Source of the DNA: Candidatus Bathyarchaeia archaeon
GTDB lineage: Archaea; Thermoproteota; Bathyarchaeia; Bathyarchaeales; Bathycorpusculaceae
DNA length: 64,000 nucleotides
Direction of reading: 5' to 3'
Assembly: GCA_050015395.1 (NCBI GenBank)
Contig: JBEKBM010000014.1
Location: forward strand, 16,029 to 80,028
Part shown: positions 9,637 through 20,080 of the stretch, piece after piece
Position numbering within the stretch: the first letter of the stretch is position 1
How the letters are laid out: every line of letters begins with the position of its first letter
Program-made: the position numbers and the translations under genes
The notes under the pieces: model-generated
The model's database searches: none
Seen by the model: only the letters and a program-made list of their open reading frames with translations
Told to the model about the DNA's origin: nothing

Positions 9637-9855
9637 ATGGAGGGCTTAGAGTTGAGTTATAACAGGGGCATCTTAGAAATCCTTGAAGAACTATTGAAAG
9701 AAATCCGCGAAGAACTACAAGAAATCAAGCTACGATACAAAGAGCTAGTAGATAAACTGGTTCCTATCGAAGAGGCAACGGAAGAAGAAAAGAAAGCGAT
9801 AGAAGAAAAAGACGAAATAGCTGATGAAAAAGAATTAATGCATACTTTAGGCTAA
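9637..9855 (+). CDS. Small acidic coiled-coil protein, possible orphan antitoxin
   Basis: 72 aa; the LVPIEEATEEEKKAIEE pattern resembles archaeal RelB-type antitoxins; no toxin ORF follows. Confidence 0.5.
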   Translation: MEGLELSYNRGILEILEELLKEIREELQEIKLRYKELVDKLVPIEEATEEEKKAIEEKDEIADEKELMHTLG

Positions 9856-9906
9856 AGTAGAGAAAAAGCCTACAGTTAACATTTCTCAAAACTAATTTGC
9901 CAAATT

Positions 9907-11175
9907 TTAGGTTTGGAGTTTGAATCTGAGCATTGCTGCGATGCCGCCGAAAGCGTTCTTTAGCATTTGCCCCTCTTCCGTTTCACCCGAAATAATCTCT
10001 ACATCCGTGTTTGACATTTCCGCCAGTTCAGCTAAATCGTCTATGACATCTTTTTTCTCCAACACTGTCATGGATGGCGCGTTGCATTTTGGGCAAGGTT
10101 TCCCGACTAAGCTTTGCTCAAAACTGGTTACCTCTTGGCTTTTGAGGGTGTGCTGTTCTTCGTAGCCGCAAGCGCTGCATTTAACCGTGACACGAACCAA
10201 ATCCAAACTCTCAGACATGATGAGCAAGCGGACTGCTCCTGCCTGCAGAAGCCGCCTCACTTCAGCTTCGCCGTAAGTTATCATTCCAGTGTCATGGCCA
10301 ACTTCGTAGAGGAATTTTTGCATGATTTCTTTTTCTTCGATGTAGCGGACTTTGCGCATGATTTCAGGCGCTTTAGCCACTACTTCTTTAACGCCTTGCT
10401 CTTCCACGTAAGCAGTGTCAACGACATCAAGAATCTTGTTTTTCAGCTGGTAGTTGAGGTAATCGCCTTTCTCGAAATCGTATTTTGTCGGTCCAGGTCC
10501 ACCTAAAATAATACCTTTTAACGTGTCAATGGGCAGGAAAGCTTCGTTCGCGTGCACGCCTACTCGGGTAAAATACTCGTTTAGCTGCATGTCCCTTAAA
10601 CGTTCATATCGCCTAGCTGATTGCCCACCTGCCTTAGTTTTGCCCGTAACACCAGAGTGCATTTGCCTAACAATCTCTAGGTGTTTGCCCTGCAGGGTTG
10701 CAATGGTAGCGTTATTGGCGTCCACCAGCAGAATGCCGTAGGTTTCTTTCTCCCGCAACATCTCCTGCAGATACTCGGTGTGGAACCGTGAATCACAACG
10801 ATAAAGAAAAATCCTAATCGGCTCAGGCGGAACAATCACGTAGGATTCCATGCGTTCGGTACCTGGCGCGCCACCTTCCTGCAGAAGAGCACCAGTAAAA
10901 ATCACTATGCCCTTTTCGCCCGGATCCTTGAAGAGCTTGAGTTTCTGCTGGGCTTTAGTGATAGCATCTAGGACGTTTTTGCGTGTAACGTTTGATTTAA
11001 TGTTGCTGGCTGTTCCATACTCGTTACGCAGAAGGTTTAAGGCATCGCTGATTTGTTTGCCCGGCGGAACATAGACAGTGATGAGTTCAGTGTGGCTGCC
11101 CTCTTTGCTGGCTAGGGTGTTGAGTGTTTTTCTTAGCCTGAATAGTTCAAGGGAAGATTTTTTCGCTGTACTCAA
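9907..11175 (-). CDS. prf1: Peptide chain release factor aRF1
   Basis: NIKS, YRCDSRF and GGQS motifs; C-terminal CxxC...CxxC insertion. Confidence 0.97.
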   Translation of the reverse strand: MSTAKKSSLELFRLRKTLNTLASKEGSHTELITVYVPPGKQISDALNLLRNEYGTASNIKSNVTRKNVLDAITKAQQKLKLFKDPGEKGIVIFTGALLQEGGAPGTERMESYVIVPPEPIRIFLYRCDSRFHTEYLQEMLREKETYGILLVDANNATIATLQGKHLEIVRQMHSGVTGKTKAGGQSARRYERLRDMQLNEYFTRVGVHANEAFLPIDTLKGIILGGPGPTKYDFEKGDYLNYQLKNKILDVVDTAYVEEQGVKEVVAKAPEIMRKVRYIEEKEIMQKFLYEVGHDTGMITYGEAEVRRLLQAGAVRLLIMSESLDLVRVTVKCSACGYEEQHTLKSQEVTSFEQSLVGKPCPKCNAPSMTVLEKKDVIDDLAELAEMSNTDVEIISGETEEGQMLKNAFGGIAAMLRFKLQT

Positions 11176-11259
11176 ATAACTTCACTAATTACTACGTTTA
11201 ATCGGATAACTAACGCTAAAAAGAATCAAATAAAAGTTCCGTATAAAAAACGGAAACTG

Positions 11260-12276
11260 TTACAATTTCGGCTTGACTGGCGGTGTCTGCACTGGCTCTG
11301 GAGCTGGTGCACCTATGGCGTCTCTGAGGAAAGCCTTGAACGGACCTAGCTTCCCACCATAATTACCAGACGAAATCTTAACGACACCAGGCACGGCGAT
11401 TGCTGCTGTCACGCCTTCTTTGATGCCCTTTTTGACTGCGTCCAAGGTTAAGCCGTTCATGACTATTTCGTAAACGCTTTGAACGCCTTCTGGAACAACG
11501 GAATCGGGCACAAGCGTGCGTAAGGTTGGGCAGTAAGGATGATTGGTTGAAGCCTTCATCTTGTACTTGAGTGAGCCAGCTTTGCTTCCTGATCGGCAAA
11601 TTCCGCCTGGAAACGGCATAATTACATCAGGAGCGTTTGCGCGAATTGCGTCTGCCGCCGCCTCAGCCGATTTAAGCCCTGATTGCTGGTCTTCTGCGAA
11701 AATCATAAAGTTGCCGCCTGCAACAGCTTCCATGGCGCCGAAGCCGTTTTCAACAAAGAAGTTGCCTTCCATAACTGGGATTTTCCAGCATTTTCTTCCG
11801 CCAACCATGGCTTTTTTCTGGAAGCCATCACCAAAATAGCGCAGGCTGTTGCCAACGTCTAATGTTCGTTTAGTTCGGTCCATGCCGTTGAAGGCTGCAG
11901 TTGTCGGGCAAGTCATAATGCATTGGCCGATGCGCTCCATAAGCTGGTGCTTGAGTTCAAAGCGGTCACGATTATAAATTTGAATAAGCATTCCCGGACG
12001 CTTATCAGGGGTCTGGTCTGCTGGAACAGGACGTTCGATTGCTGCTTCTGCAGGTGCCATGATGACGCTTGTGGCGAAACCTGTGGTTACGCTTGCGGCG
12101 ATTTGTGCCCATTTCTCATTTTGAGCCGTGATTAAAATTCTTCCTGCCCAAAGAGTGAACATTTCTGCAAAAGTATCTTGAACCTTCACGACGTTTCCTC
12201 TGGGTGATTTTACGAGGAACATTTTTTCTTTATCGTCATAGCTTTGGATTTCAAGCGTGTTAGTGTTTGATGACAT
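11260..12276 (-). CDS. ftr: Formylmethanofuran-tetrahydromethanopterin N-formyltransferase
   Basis: DTFAEMF, TGFATSVI, TPDKRPG, RIGQCIMTCPTT, GGICRSGSK, ASTNHPYCPTL and SSGNYGGKLG motifs. Start placed at the second ATG (12276). Confidence 0.95.
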   Translation of the reverse strand: MSSNTNTLEIQSYDDKEKMFLVKSPRGNVVKVQDTFAEMFTLWAGRILITAQNEKWAQIAASVTTGFATSVIMAPAEAAIERPVPADQTPDKRPGMLIQIYNRDRFELKHQLMERIGQCIMTCPTTAAFNGMDRTKRTLDVGNSLRYFGDGFQKKAMVGGRKCWKIPVMEGNFFVENGFGAMEAVAGGNFMIFAEDQQSGLKSAEAAADAIRANAPDVIMPFPGGICRSGSKAGSLKYKMKASTNHPYCPTLRTLVPDSVVPEGVQSVYEIVMNGLTLDAVKKGIKEGVTAAIAVPGVVKISSGNYGGKLGPFKAFLRDAIGAPAPEPVQTPPVKPKL

Positions 12277-12485
12277 GAAAGGGACCTTGCAGTTCAGTTG
12301 GGAATTGTATAATTTAAGAGTTTTCGTGAATGACCAAGGTTTTCTCAATTTCAAAGGCTAATTTCAAACTGCAAAACGCAACTTTAGAGGCTTGCTTCAG
12401 GAAGCCTTAAAGGACTGGGCGTGTGAAAAAGCTATGGCCTCCCTTATCCTTCTCTCTCCACTTAGCCGCGAGTTTCGGAAAAATA

Positions 12486-12713
12486 GTATGTATTTAGCTC
12501 TCGTTTTTTGTTTTAGGGTATTTGTGTGTGCTCAGCCTACCTACCCGGTCTACTAGATGCTTCTAATATGCTTCAAATATGATTCAACATGGATGTGCAT
12601 AGAACGAAGACCGCGCACTTTGCATGCAGAACGGTGCTTTTCAACATAGAAAAGTCTGTTTTTTGATGTAGAAAAAAGCACTAAAGAAGAAAAAACAAGA
12701 GCTAAATATACAC
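12486..12713. mobile_element. 228-bp MITE, copy 1, with terminal inverted repeats and 8-bp target-site duplication
   Basis: Imperfect TIRs GTATGTATTTAGCTCTCGTTTTTT ... AAAAAACAAGAGCTAAATATACAC; flanked by GAAAAATA at 12478-12485 and 12714-12721; second copy at 18785-19012. Confidence 0.85.
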
Positions 12714-13069
12714 GAAAAATAAAATGTAAAGGCTTTGCGAATGGAGCGTAGTAAGAGATTTTGGCATACTTGCTCCTCATGTAAACCAGATATCCAACGA
12801 GTCCACACCCATTATGGAATCTTGGTCGGTATTTTCGCAGAAGTATTTCTGAATCGCCTTTTTGCGTCTGATGACAGACATTACTCACACGCGCGCGACC
12901 ATGCGCGTTATAAAAATGGATTTTTGCCGGCATATATCTGATGCTTTTTTGGCTGGACGGCTGATGTTTTGAGTAATAGAGGCTGAAAAACAAGGAAAAT
13001 AGCCCACGCAGTTTAGGGCTTTAAAAGAGAAAAAGGAGGGTAGATATAGATATATAATTTAGGAGTGTG

Positions 13070-13288
13070 CTACGGAGTAGTTTTCTTTGGTGTTTCTTTC
13101 TTCAGTACGCTCCATACTGCTAGTATGATGCCTATGATTCCGATTATTGCCACGGCGCTATAGAAACCCCACTTGTTTCCAGCCGCCCCATAGATGTTGT
13201 ATGCGTGTGAGATTTGTATTCCGCCAAGTATCACCGCTATAACGATAAGCACCGCGCCCAGAATCAACGCTATCATTTTTGTTTTCAA
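13070..13288 (-). CDS. Small two-TM membrane protein
   Basis: Two hydrophobic helices and a basic tail; GGGGG upstream of the TTG start. Confidence 0.65.
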   Translation of the reverse strand: MKTKMIALILGAVLIVIAVILGGIQISHAYNIYGAAGNKWGFYSAVAIIGIIGIILAVWSVLKKETPKKTTP

Positions 13289-13987
13289 ATAACAGCCCCC
13301 CTTGTTCTCTATGAGAAGAGGAGCTATTTAAGGTAAAGGACTGCAGGGTTATCACGGAGCCGCCCATCTTTAATCCAAAACAGCCTATTGTGCTGTCTCC
13401 GACTTTCATGATGACCATTGTTTCTCCCACATTTGAGGCATTCTACTCTTGGTTTTCCACACTAATTATCACTTCCTAATCTGAGCGTAGCGCAAAATTA
13501 GATTTGGAACGGAGTTGGGTATAATTTTGAAAAACCGTTTAATAAGCGTGTGCTTTAGTTTTTGCGGGTGATGTGAAGAAGGAGGATTTTGGCATAGCTA
13601 CTGTAGTTGCAGTGTTATTCTTGGCGTTGGCACCATCATGTTCCCGTTCGCAAACTCCCTGAATAAAATGTCAAAACTAATGATGGGCAGCATACAGGCG
13701 AAACATGCAATTTTTCTAATAGAACAACATTATGTTACCCATGAATACTACGACATATTACCGAACAATTTCATATCGCACGCGCAAAGCCAAGGTCAGA
13801 ACGCGATACTCAACGTGTTAGAAAGCTTCCCGTTCAGCAGCGCAAACCTCATCAACACCATGATGGGTGTGAAACAACCAACGTAACGGGTACACAAGCA
13901 AACGCGGTGCTGCTCTTCAATAATCAGCCCAGTAGCTAAAACATCCTATCTTTTCAAAAAACTCTCTGCTCAGATGAATTGTAGCAC

Positions 13988-15004
13988 ATGTACACTATCT
14001 CTCATCGTCGAAAAGGTAAAAGCCATATGAAGACTCAAAACGTACTGGCAACTGCCAGAAGCGTGGAAAAAAATCGTGATTTCGTAGCAATGCTCAGAAT
14101 CTTAGATGAGGAATGCCGGAAGTGCACCCCACTAACTCCGCTCGAATGCATCTCAAGCTGCAAAATCTGGAAGTTGAAGAACGAGCTTAGAAGACTCCAC
14201 AAGACCATCGAAAACCCAGACTTCATGAAAGACCTAATGAACGTACTGAAAAACGACACGCGACTGCACATTCTTATGACGATCGCTAAAAGCCACTATT
14301 CAGTGCGCAAGCTTCAACAAGAACTCAGAAAGGCGGGTCACTCACACAGTCAAGACACCATAGTTGAAGAGTACTTGCGTCCATTGCTAGAAGTTGGGCT
14401 TGCCGTCGAGGCTCAAGACCGGTACTACGCGACAACGTTCGGTGGCAGACTCACAGAATTGATCGAAGGTTCAGCTAACATAGTGAACTTTTTGCCGGCT
14501 CATTCCGAGTGCTACGAAGAAACTGTACTCAAAGCTTTGCTCAGCGGACCCAAAACCTTTGAAGACATAAACGGGCTTGTCTCCCAGAAGATTGTCTCGC
14601 GAATCCTAAGGAGACTGAAAACGGTGAACCTGGTAGAAACGCCCAGGGAAAGAGCTTACATATTCTTCTTCAGATCAAAACGCGACCCTGCAAAGGAAAC
14701 GTTTTCCTCCACTGAGAGCAAGGTTTACAACGGCATACCTGACGAGGGAATTTCTGCCCAGAAACTCGCCGAAAAAACAGGACTTACCACGAGGACAACC
14801 TACAAGTACCTGAGAGGACTGAAGGGAAAGAAGCTAGTGTTCACGAGAAAAATGCCTAAAACCTATTGCCTAACTGCTAAAGGCGAAAAGTTGGCTTTGC
14901 TGCTGGATGAACTCTACACTCTGGTTGAGGAAACTCTGAGCTCTTCTGAACAAGTCTTCAAAGGCAACGAAAACATAGCCCCACAGGTTTCCGGTGTATC
15001 TTAA
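13988..15004 (+). CDS. Multi-winged-helix DNA-binding protein with N-terminal Cys cluster
   Basis: CRKCTPLTPLECISSC followed by several wHTH-like segments (e.g. ISAQKLAEKTGLTTRTTYKYLRGL). The start may be the ATG at 14027. Confidence 0.65.
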   Translation: MYTISHRRKGKSHMKTQNVLATARSVEKNRDFVAMLRILDEECRKCTPLTPLECISSCKIWKLKNELRRLHKTIENPDFMKDLMNVLKNDTRLHILMTIAKSHYSVRKLQQELRKAGHSHSQDTIVEEYLRPLLEVGLAVEAQDRYYATTFGGRLTELIEGSANIVNFLPAHSECYEETVLKALLSGPKTFEDINGLVSQKIVSRILRRLKTVNLVETPRERAYIFFFRSKRDPAKETFSSTESKVYNGIPDEGISAQKLAEKTGLTTRTTYKYLRGLKGKKLVFTRKMPKTYCLTAKGEKLALLLDELYTLVEETLSSSEQVFKGNENIAPQVSGVS

Positions 15005-15219
15005 TTTTCCTCGTCAAAGGAGACCTGCTACTGTGCGGCTAAAAAACTCGCCGCCTCGGAGACCCTAAAGGCGTGTATCCGACCTTCAATAAAGCTGGAA
15101 GTTCCAATATAAAAAATCTGTGTTTGTAAAGATCATCAGCCGATAGGAGAGACTATGACTTCACTATTTTGTGTAACCAAAGCAATTAGACCTCGGGCTC
15201 CAATTTCACGTGTCCTACG

Positions 15220-15933
15220 TTATTTTTTCCCTGAAATCATCCTTTCGGTCATTTTAATGAACTGGATAGATGGCTTAGCTGTTCCAGCTGTGCTTTTATC
15301 TATGGCATCGGCAATTCCCTGTATTTTCTCCACTGGAACTGAGGCGAACATTGTATTCTTGTCCCATCCCACCATCCTCCTTGCGCTTATATCACCGGCA
15401 GTAACGTTGAAGTTACCTGACACAACCGGGTAGGTTATGCTGCTCCAGCAAAGCGACCCCTTCATCTCAAATGCTGGGGTCTTGCCATCCCAGAACTGAG
15501 CCAGCGTAATAAGTCTTGATACCTGTTCTGCATTCACGAGGAAGATGATTAAATCAGGCACGAAAATGTCTTTGCTAACTGGATATAGATAGACCTTGCT
15601 GGCAATACCGAGAGGTGGTTTAGCAATCTTCTCAGATTCAATGAACGACCTCGTCGCCGTCTTAACATCGCACCACAGCTTCTCCCCTTCCACAAGCAGC
15701 CTAAGTGGTACTTCTCTTCTTTCAGTAAGCCCAATAAGGCTCTTTCCTCCGGGGCAAGAGCAGGTCTCCTTGGAGAGCATTATCACTTTGCCACCAGCAG
15801 CCTCTAGGATGCCATCACACACGGTGTATTGGCCCTCAGCCAGCTTGGCTATAGGGGACTCATCGGTGTATTTCACTCCCACTGCTTCCCTTTCTATACC
15901 CAGCGCCTCTCTTATTTTTTCAGCAGACTCCAC
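15220..15933 (-). CDS. DUF169 family protein
   Basis: AVGVKY, CPGGKSLIGL, PDLIIFLVNAEQVSRL and LCW...GDISARR motifs. Confidence 0.8.
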   Translation of the reverse strand: MESAEKIREALGIEREAVGVKYTDESPIAKLAEGQYTVCDGILEAAGGKVIMLSKETCSCPGGKSLIGLTERREVPLRLLVEGEKLWCDVKTATRSFIESEKIAKPPLGIASKVYLYPVSKDIFVPDLIIFLVNAEQVSRLITLAQFWDGKTPAFEMKGSLCWSSITYPVVSGNFNVTAGDISARRMVGWDKNTMFASVPVEKIQGIADAIDKSTAGTAKPSIQFIKMTERMISGKK

Positions 15934-16073
15934 CCTTAAACCTCCTTCAGAGATGACAAAGAAATCCTCACTTAATATAGTACGCTTATGGCATCGCTTA
16001 TTAAAATTTGGCTATTAAGTTACTCCTCCCAGTGCAGGTATTTTTTTTTTGGTAAGCCGTGTTTTGCTTATTT

Positions 16074-16778
16074 TTATGGTTCCACTTTGATTATTTGTGG
16101 GATTTTGCCTGCGGTGCCCACTTGGCCTTTGTAGATTATGAGTATGCCTTCCACGCCTTCAATTGATAATCCTTTGCTGATTCCTGCTTTAATAGCGGCT
16201 TCTGCGTTTTCGCCTTTAACAACGTTGCCTACGGCTGTGGCTGCTGCATCGGCTAAGGAGGCGTTTTTGCAGAAAACCGTTGCTGCCTCCGCATCACCAA
16301 AACTTAACGCGTGGCTAAATCGTCCTGAACTGGTGGCGATGCCGATTGGGAATTCTGTTAGCCGAAAGCCGAACCGTTTTGATAGGGGCTCGTCTCCAGC
16401 GGCAACTGCCACGTCAACGGGCGTGTTTGATGTTGCTGAGATTTCTCCGCCGTCTTCCACCACTGCCACTTCACAGCCTTCACGGGTCATGTCGTTTACT
16501 GCTAAGTCCGCTATGACTCCAGCTACGGCTGCCATGGGTCCAACGCCTGCTTTTTCTGCAGCTAAAGCCATCAATCTAGCCACAAGAGGTTTTTCTGGTG
16601 CAGGGATTGGCGTTAGCGTGTACAAGAATTTGGGGTTTGCTCTGATGTAAATTTCGAGTTCTTGCCTGTTGCGTTTGATTGATTCTATGGCTACATGGAT
16701 GGCTTGCTGTTTATCTGAAATTAATGTGCATTGTGTTTCTTTTAGGGTGAAGTTTTCTTTGAACAGGTTTCTGGTCAA
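16074..16778 (-). CDS. UPF0280/ApbE-like protein (COG2122, MA1715-like)
   Basis: GVGPMAAVAG, EDGGEI, GIATSSG, SFGDAEAATV and ADAAATAVGN motifs. Confidence 0.88.
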   Translation of the reverse strand: MTRNLFKENFTLKETQCTLISDKQQAIHVAIESIKRNRQELEIYIRANPKFLYTLTPIPAPEKPLVARLMALAAEKAGVGPMAAVAGVIADLAVNDMTREGCEVAVVEDGGEISATSNTPVDVAVAAGDEPLSKRFGFRLTEFPIGIATSSGRFSHALSFGDAEAATVFCKNASLADAAATAVGNVVKGENAEAAIKAGISKGLSIEGVEGILIIYKGQVGTAGKIPQIIKVEP

Positions 16779-16781
16779 CTT

Positions 16782-17213
16782 TTACTTTTTCCTGTTATTC
16801 GCTGGTTGCTCTGTGTTAGTTTGTTTAACTGATTTTATTGCTCTGGCTGGGCACGCGTCTACGCAGATGCTGCAGGTGCTGCCAACGCATTTTTCCTTAT
16901 CGAACTTTACTGATAAATCCTTATCTATGCTTATGGCTTCCACTGGGCAAAGAGCCACACAGGAGCCGCAGCTAAAACATTTCTCTGCGTCAACTTCGAT
17001 AAGTTTCGGTATTGTAACTGTTACGCCTCTTTTTCGGAAAGCTTTTATTATTTTCTCCTGTGCCTCATCTGGAACTTCAGCAAGTATTTCGCCGCCTTTA
17101 GAGTTTATGTGGGCTACTAAAATGGCGATTGGCACTTTGTACTCAAGAATTACTTGGCTGGTTATTGGTTGAGGTACCTGTTCTTCAGTGAATCTTAAGA
17201 GAAGTCTTACCAT
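16782..17213 (-). CDS. NIL-domain 2x[4Fe-4S] ferredoxin (MA1822-like)
   Basis: N-terminal NIL-like domain, then CFSCGSCVALCP and CVGSTCSICVDACP. Confidence 0.88.
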   Translation of the reverse strand: MVRLLLRFTEEQVPQPITSQVILEYKVPIAILVAHINSKGGEILAEVPDEAQEKIIKAFRKRGVTVTIPKLIEVDAEKCFSCGSCVALCPVEAISIDKDLSVKFDKEKCVGSTCSICVDACPARAIKSVKQTNTEQPANNRKK

Positions 17214-17217
17214 GCTT

Positions 17218-18720
17218 TTACCGTCCTAACAGTTTAGACACATCTTCAGAGGTAACTATGCCCAGCACTTTCTTTTCTATATCAATTACAGGCAGCGCTG
17301 AAATGTTATGCTGAGCCATCCGTTTAGAAGCAATCTCCAACGGCTCATCAGGTTTGGCAGTCACCACGTTACGCGTTTCTATGTCGGCTAACGCTTTTTT
17401 GCCTTCAGCCATAGCCCGAGTGATATCCCACGATGTAACTATTCCCCGCAGCTTCCCAGCATCATCAACTACCACGATGTGGTTAACCGATTTAGTAACA
17501 ATCCGCTCGGCAATAGCACGTATCTCCTCATTCTCAGTACACGTAACCGCTGGATGCATAACGCTCATGACGAACGGGATTTCCTGAGTCTGCCTCATCG
17601 GCTTAAACACGGTGTCATTTGGCAACCGCTCAACAGGCGAAGTTAAGAAAAACGTGCCTTCCTCAATCCAAGACTTCAGTGTCTGTGAGACTTTCTTAGC
17701 CATCTTTAGGCTAGACAGGGAGCTGACCCTGACTTTCTTATCATTAATCATTATTGAGCCAGACTTTAGCTCTTTATAGCTCACTTGCCTTAGCTTCGGG
17801 CGGTCTCTACGGGGCACGCTGTAATCGACCACGTCTGTCATGATTTCGCTGTCACGAATCGCTGTCTTCTTTGCTAAGCCTTCATTCAAGATGGGAATGG
17901 GAACGCCTAGACCAACATACATTGAAGTGCCATACCGCGTGAAGGCAGCGCCCTGCAAGAATTCAGGTGACATCTTCTTGGCATCCCCTTTCACCATCAA
18001 GGTGCCGTTTAGGTTTTTGGGGCTATGTTGCGTTCCCTCACCAATAACGTAGCCTTGCGCTCCGCCAAGAAAAATCCTTGTTCCCATACCAATCGTTTCG
18101 TAGTCTGGGTCGTTCATGAGCGGGTTTAATTCGCCTGCCCCAGAAAATGTCGCGTTTCGCAGTCGTGGCAAAAGTTTGCTCATGTAAGTGTAAATGGTTT
18201 CGTCACTAGTGTTTACTGCGCAGTTGTAGCGTTGGTAGCAGTTGCGGAAGTTCAATAGGTAAAACTGGTTTAAATCGTCTTTTGTTATGTTTGTTTTAAG
18301 CTGAGTCCTTGGGTAACAGTCAGTTCCGTAAGCTGTGGCGCGGAGTTCAACCTCTTTGCCTGCTATGAGGTCTTGGATTACGTGTCCGCCGCCATATTCG
18401 AAAGGCTGCTTCTGGGACATGTTAGTTGCTCCAATAAACAGGTCAACCGCTGCGCCAGGATGGCAAACTTCAACATCATTCATCCAAGCATGGTCAATCT
18501 TTATCGGCGGGTCAGAGTGCCCAAGGTTAATAACTGCGCCAGAGGAACACATAGCGCCAAAAGTTCCTGTTGTTACAACATCAACCTCTTTAAAGGCAAC
18601 TTCTACACCGCTGCTTTCCACTAGTTTTTTCATTTCTTCAGCGGTTAAAACCTGAACGTCGCCTTTGCGGATTTTCTCGTTAATCTCTTCTACACTGCGA
18701 GTTTTCGTAGGTTTGGACAA
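17218..18720 (-). CDS. L-aspartate semialdehyde sulfurtransferase (DUF39 + CBS; MA1821/MJ0100-like)
   Basis: VDVVTTGTFGAMCSSGA, YGGGHVI, TDCYPR, RNCYQRYN and GTRIFLGG motifs, with a C-terminal CBS pair. Confidence 0.92.
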   Translation of the reverse strand: MSKPTKTRSVEEINEKIRKGDVQVLTAEEMKKLVESSGVEVAFKEVDVVTTGTFGAMCSSGAVINLGHSDPPIKIDHAWMNDVEVCHPGAAVDLFIGATNMSQKQPFEYGGGHVIQDLIAGKEVELRATAYGTDCYPRTQLKTNITKDDLNQFYLLNFRNCYQRYNCAVNTSDETIYTYMSKLLPRLRNATFSGAGELNPLMNDPDYETIGMGTRIFLGGAQGYVIGEGTQHSPKNLNGTLMVKGDAKKMSPEFLQGAAFTRYGTSMYVGLGVPIPILNEGLAKKTAIRDSEIMTDVVDYSVPRRDRPKLRQVSYKELKSGSIMINDKKVRVSSLSSLKMAKKVSQTLKSWIEEGTFFLTSPVERLPNDTVFKPMRQTQEIPFVMSVMHPAVTCTENEEIRAIAERIVTKSVNHIVVVDDAGKLRGIVTSWDITRAMAEGKKALADIETRNVVTAKPDEPLEIASKRMAQHNISALPVIDIEKKVLGIVTSEDVSKLLGR

Positions 18721-18784
18721 TTAGCTTACCTTAATGCCAATCGGAAAGGTGTCGCACGTTAATATTTTTTGTGTAATAACCAAT

Positions 18785-19012
18785 GTATGTATTTAGCTCT
18801 CGTTTTTTGTCTTAGGGTATTTGTGTGTGCTCAGCCTACCTGCCTAGTCTACTAGATGCTTCTAATATGCTTCAAATATGATTCAACATAGGTGTGCATA
18901 GAACTAAGACCGCGCACTTTGCATGCAGAACGGTGCTTTTCAACATAGAAAAGTCTGTTTTTTGATGTAGAAAAAAGCACTAAAAAAGAAAAAACAAGAT
19001 CTAAATATACAC
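18785..19012. mobile_element. 228-bp MITE, copy 2
   Basis: Same length and orientation as 12486-12713, about 9 substitutions by eye. No 8-bp TSD (only AAT on each side). Confidence 0.82.
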
Positions 19013-19194
19013 AATCTTTTCAATTTAACTGCACTCTTTCCACAGTATTAGACGCGCGCTGCCTTGTCCCGAAATTAAGTTAATGCTTATTTTAGTAGGT
19101 GCGGGCACCGCCTATTTTGCGCATGTTAACTGCAGCATGCGCCAACACAAACGAGATCGCTTCTTAAATACTTCAAGTACGATAGGTTTTGTTC

Positions 19195-20007
19195 ATGGGA
19201 TACCAACCGCAACATGAAAAGGTCAAAGCTAGAGGACGGAAGCATAGAACTGTCGGTAATTCCATGCGAGAGGAGAAGCATGTTGCTACTATGAAAGAGG
19301 TTTCGGACAGAACCCTCAAGCAACTACGTAATCTAGGAAGACAGAGATTTGGTTCTTCCCCGTTCAGTGAGCACTTCGACCGTTGGCTAGTGAACCTAAC
19401 AGATGTCCTGTCTGAGTTTGAGTTAAGTCCAAACATAGGCGCAGATGATCAATTCGTAAAGGAGCGCTCACAAATACTCTCCATTGTTAAGATTGAGCTT
19501 GAGGAAAGACGCCGTAAGGAGGCTTCTCTGGAGGAGGCTATCAAAAGTCTATCGAATAGCAAAAATCTTCTTGAACGAATCAACGAAGAATATGCTACCA
19601 GGGTAAGGGAGATTAAAGGGCAAAAAAATAGTGAAATCAAACGTCTGAATAACAATATTGGCTGTCTCAGAGAAGAACTGGATTATATAATTCGGATGAA
19701 AACTGGCCTCTTCAGAGGCATCTCCAAGAAGGCTAGGGAACAGAAAGAGATAGAGACAACTCAGGAACTGAACACTGGACAAAGGGAGCTTGAATTAGCC
19801 ATGCTGGATTTCACTGAAGTACAAGAAAGGCTCCGAGACGAGTATGAAAGAAAGAGGCAGCCAGTCATCGAGCAGGTAAGAGATTGCCAGAAAAAGATTG
19901 AGAACCTGGAGACCGATGGTTCTCTAGAAGACAGATGGTTTGCTTGCGAAGCCCTCGTAGATGCAGTGAATGCACTTCTCCAAAGAAAAACGCTCCAGCT
20001 TCATTAG
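19195..20007 (+). CDS. Hypothetical coiled-coil protein
   Basis: About 270 aa, long E/K/R-rich heptads, conserved-looking FGSSPFSEHFDRWL and DGSLEDRWFAC ends. Confidence 0.65.
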   Translation: MGYQPQHEKVKARGRKHRTVGNSMREEKHVATMKEVSDRTLKQLRNLGRQRFGSSPFSEHFDRWLVNLTDVLSEFELSPNIGADDQFVKERSQILSIVKIELEERRRKEASLEEAIKSLSNSKNLLERINEEYATRVREIKGQKNSEIKRLNNNIGCLREELDYIIRMKTGLFRGISKKAREQKEIETTQELNTGQRELELAMLDFTEVQERLRDEYERKRQPVIEQVRDCQKKIENLETDGSLEDRWFACEALVDAVNALLQRKTLQLH

Positions 20008-20080
20008 CCCGCTTAATGCTGCCCATTCCAGTATTTTCTGAGTCGCTGACGATTTTTTCAGTTCTTGGACCCGAACCCAT

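Noticed and set aside
9907-10200. Zinc-ribbon insertion in aRF1 as a novelty
   Set aside because: C-terminal minidomain/zinc-ribbon insertions are already known in archaeal and eukaryotic class I release factors.
12553-12993. 146-aa ORF as a transposase
   Set aside because: It runs across the MITE boundary, has no DDE or HUH motif and has atypical composition.
13570-13886. 82-aa ORF as a real gene
   Set aside because: No recognisable motif. It may be a decayed secreted-protein fragment, but this cannot be supported.
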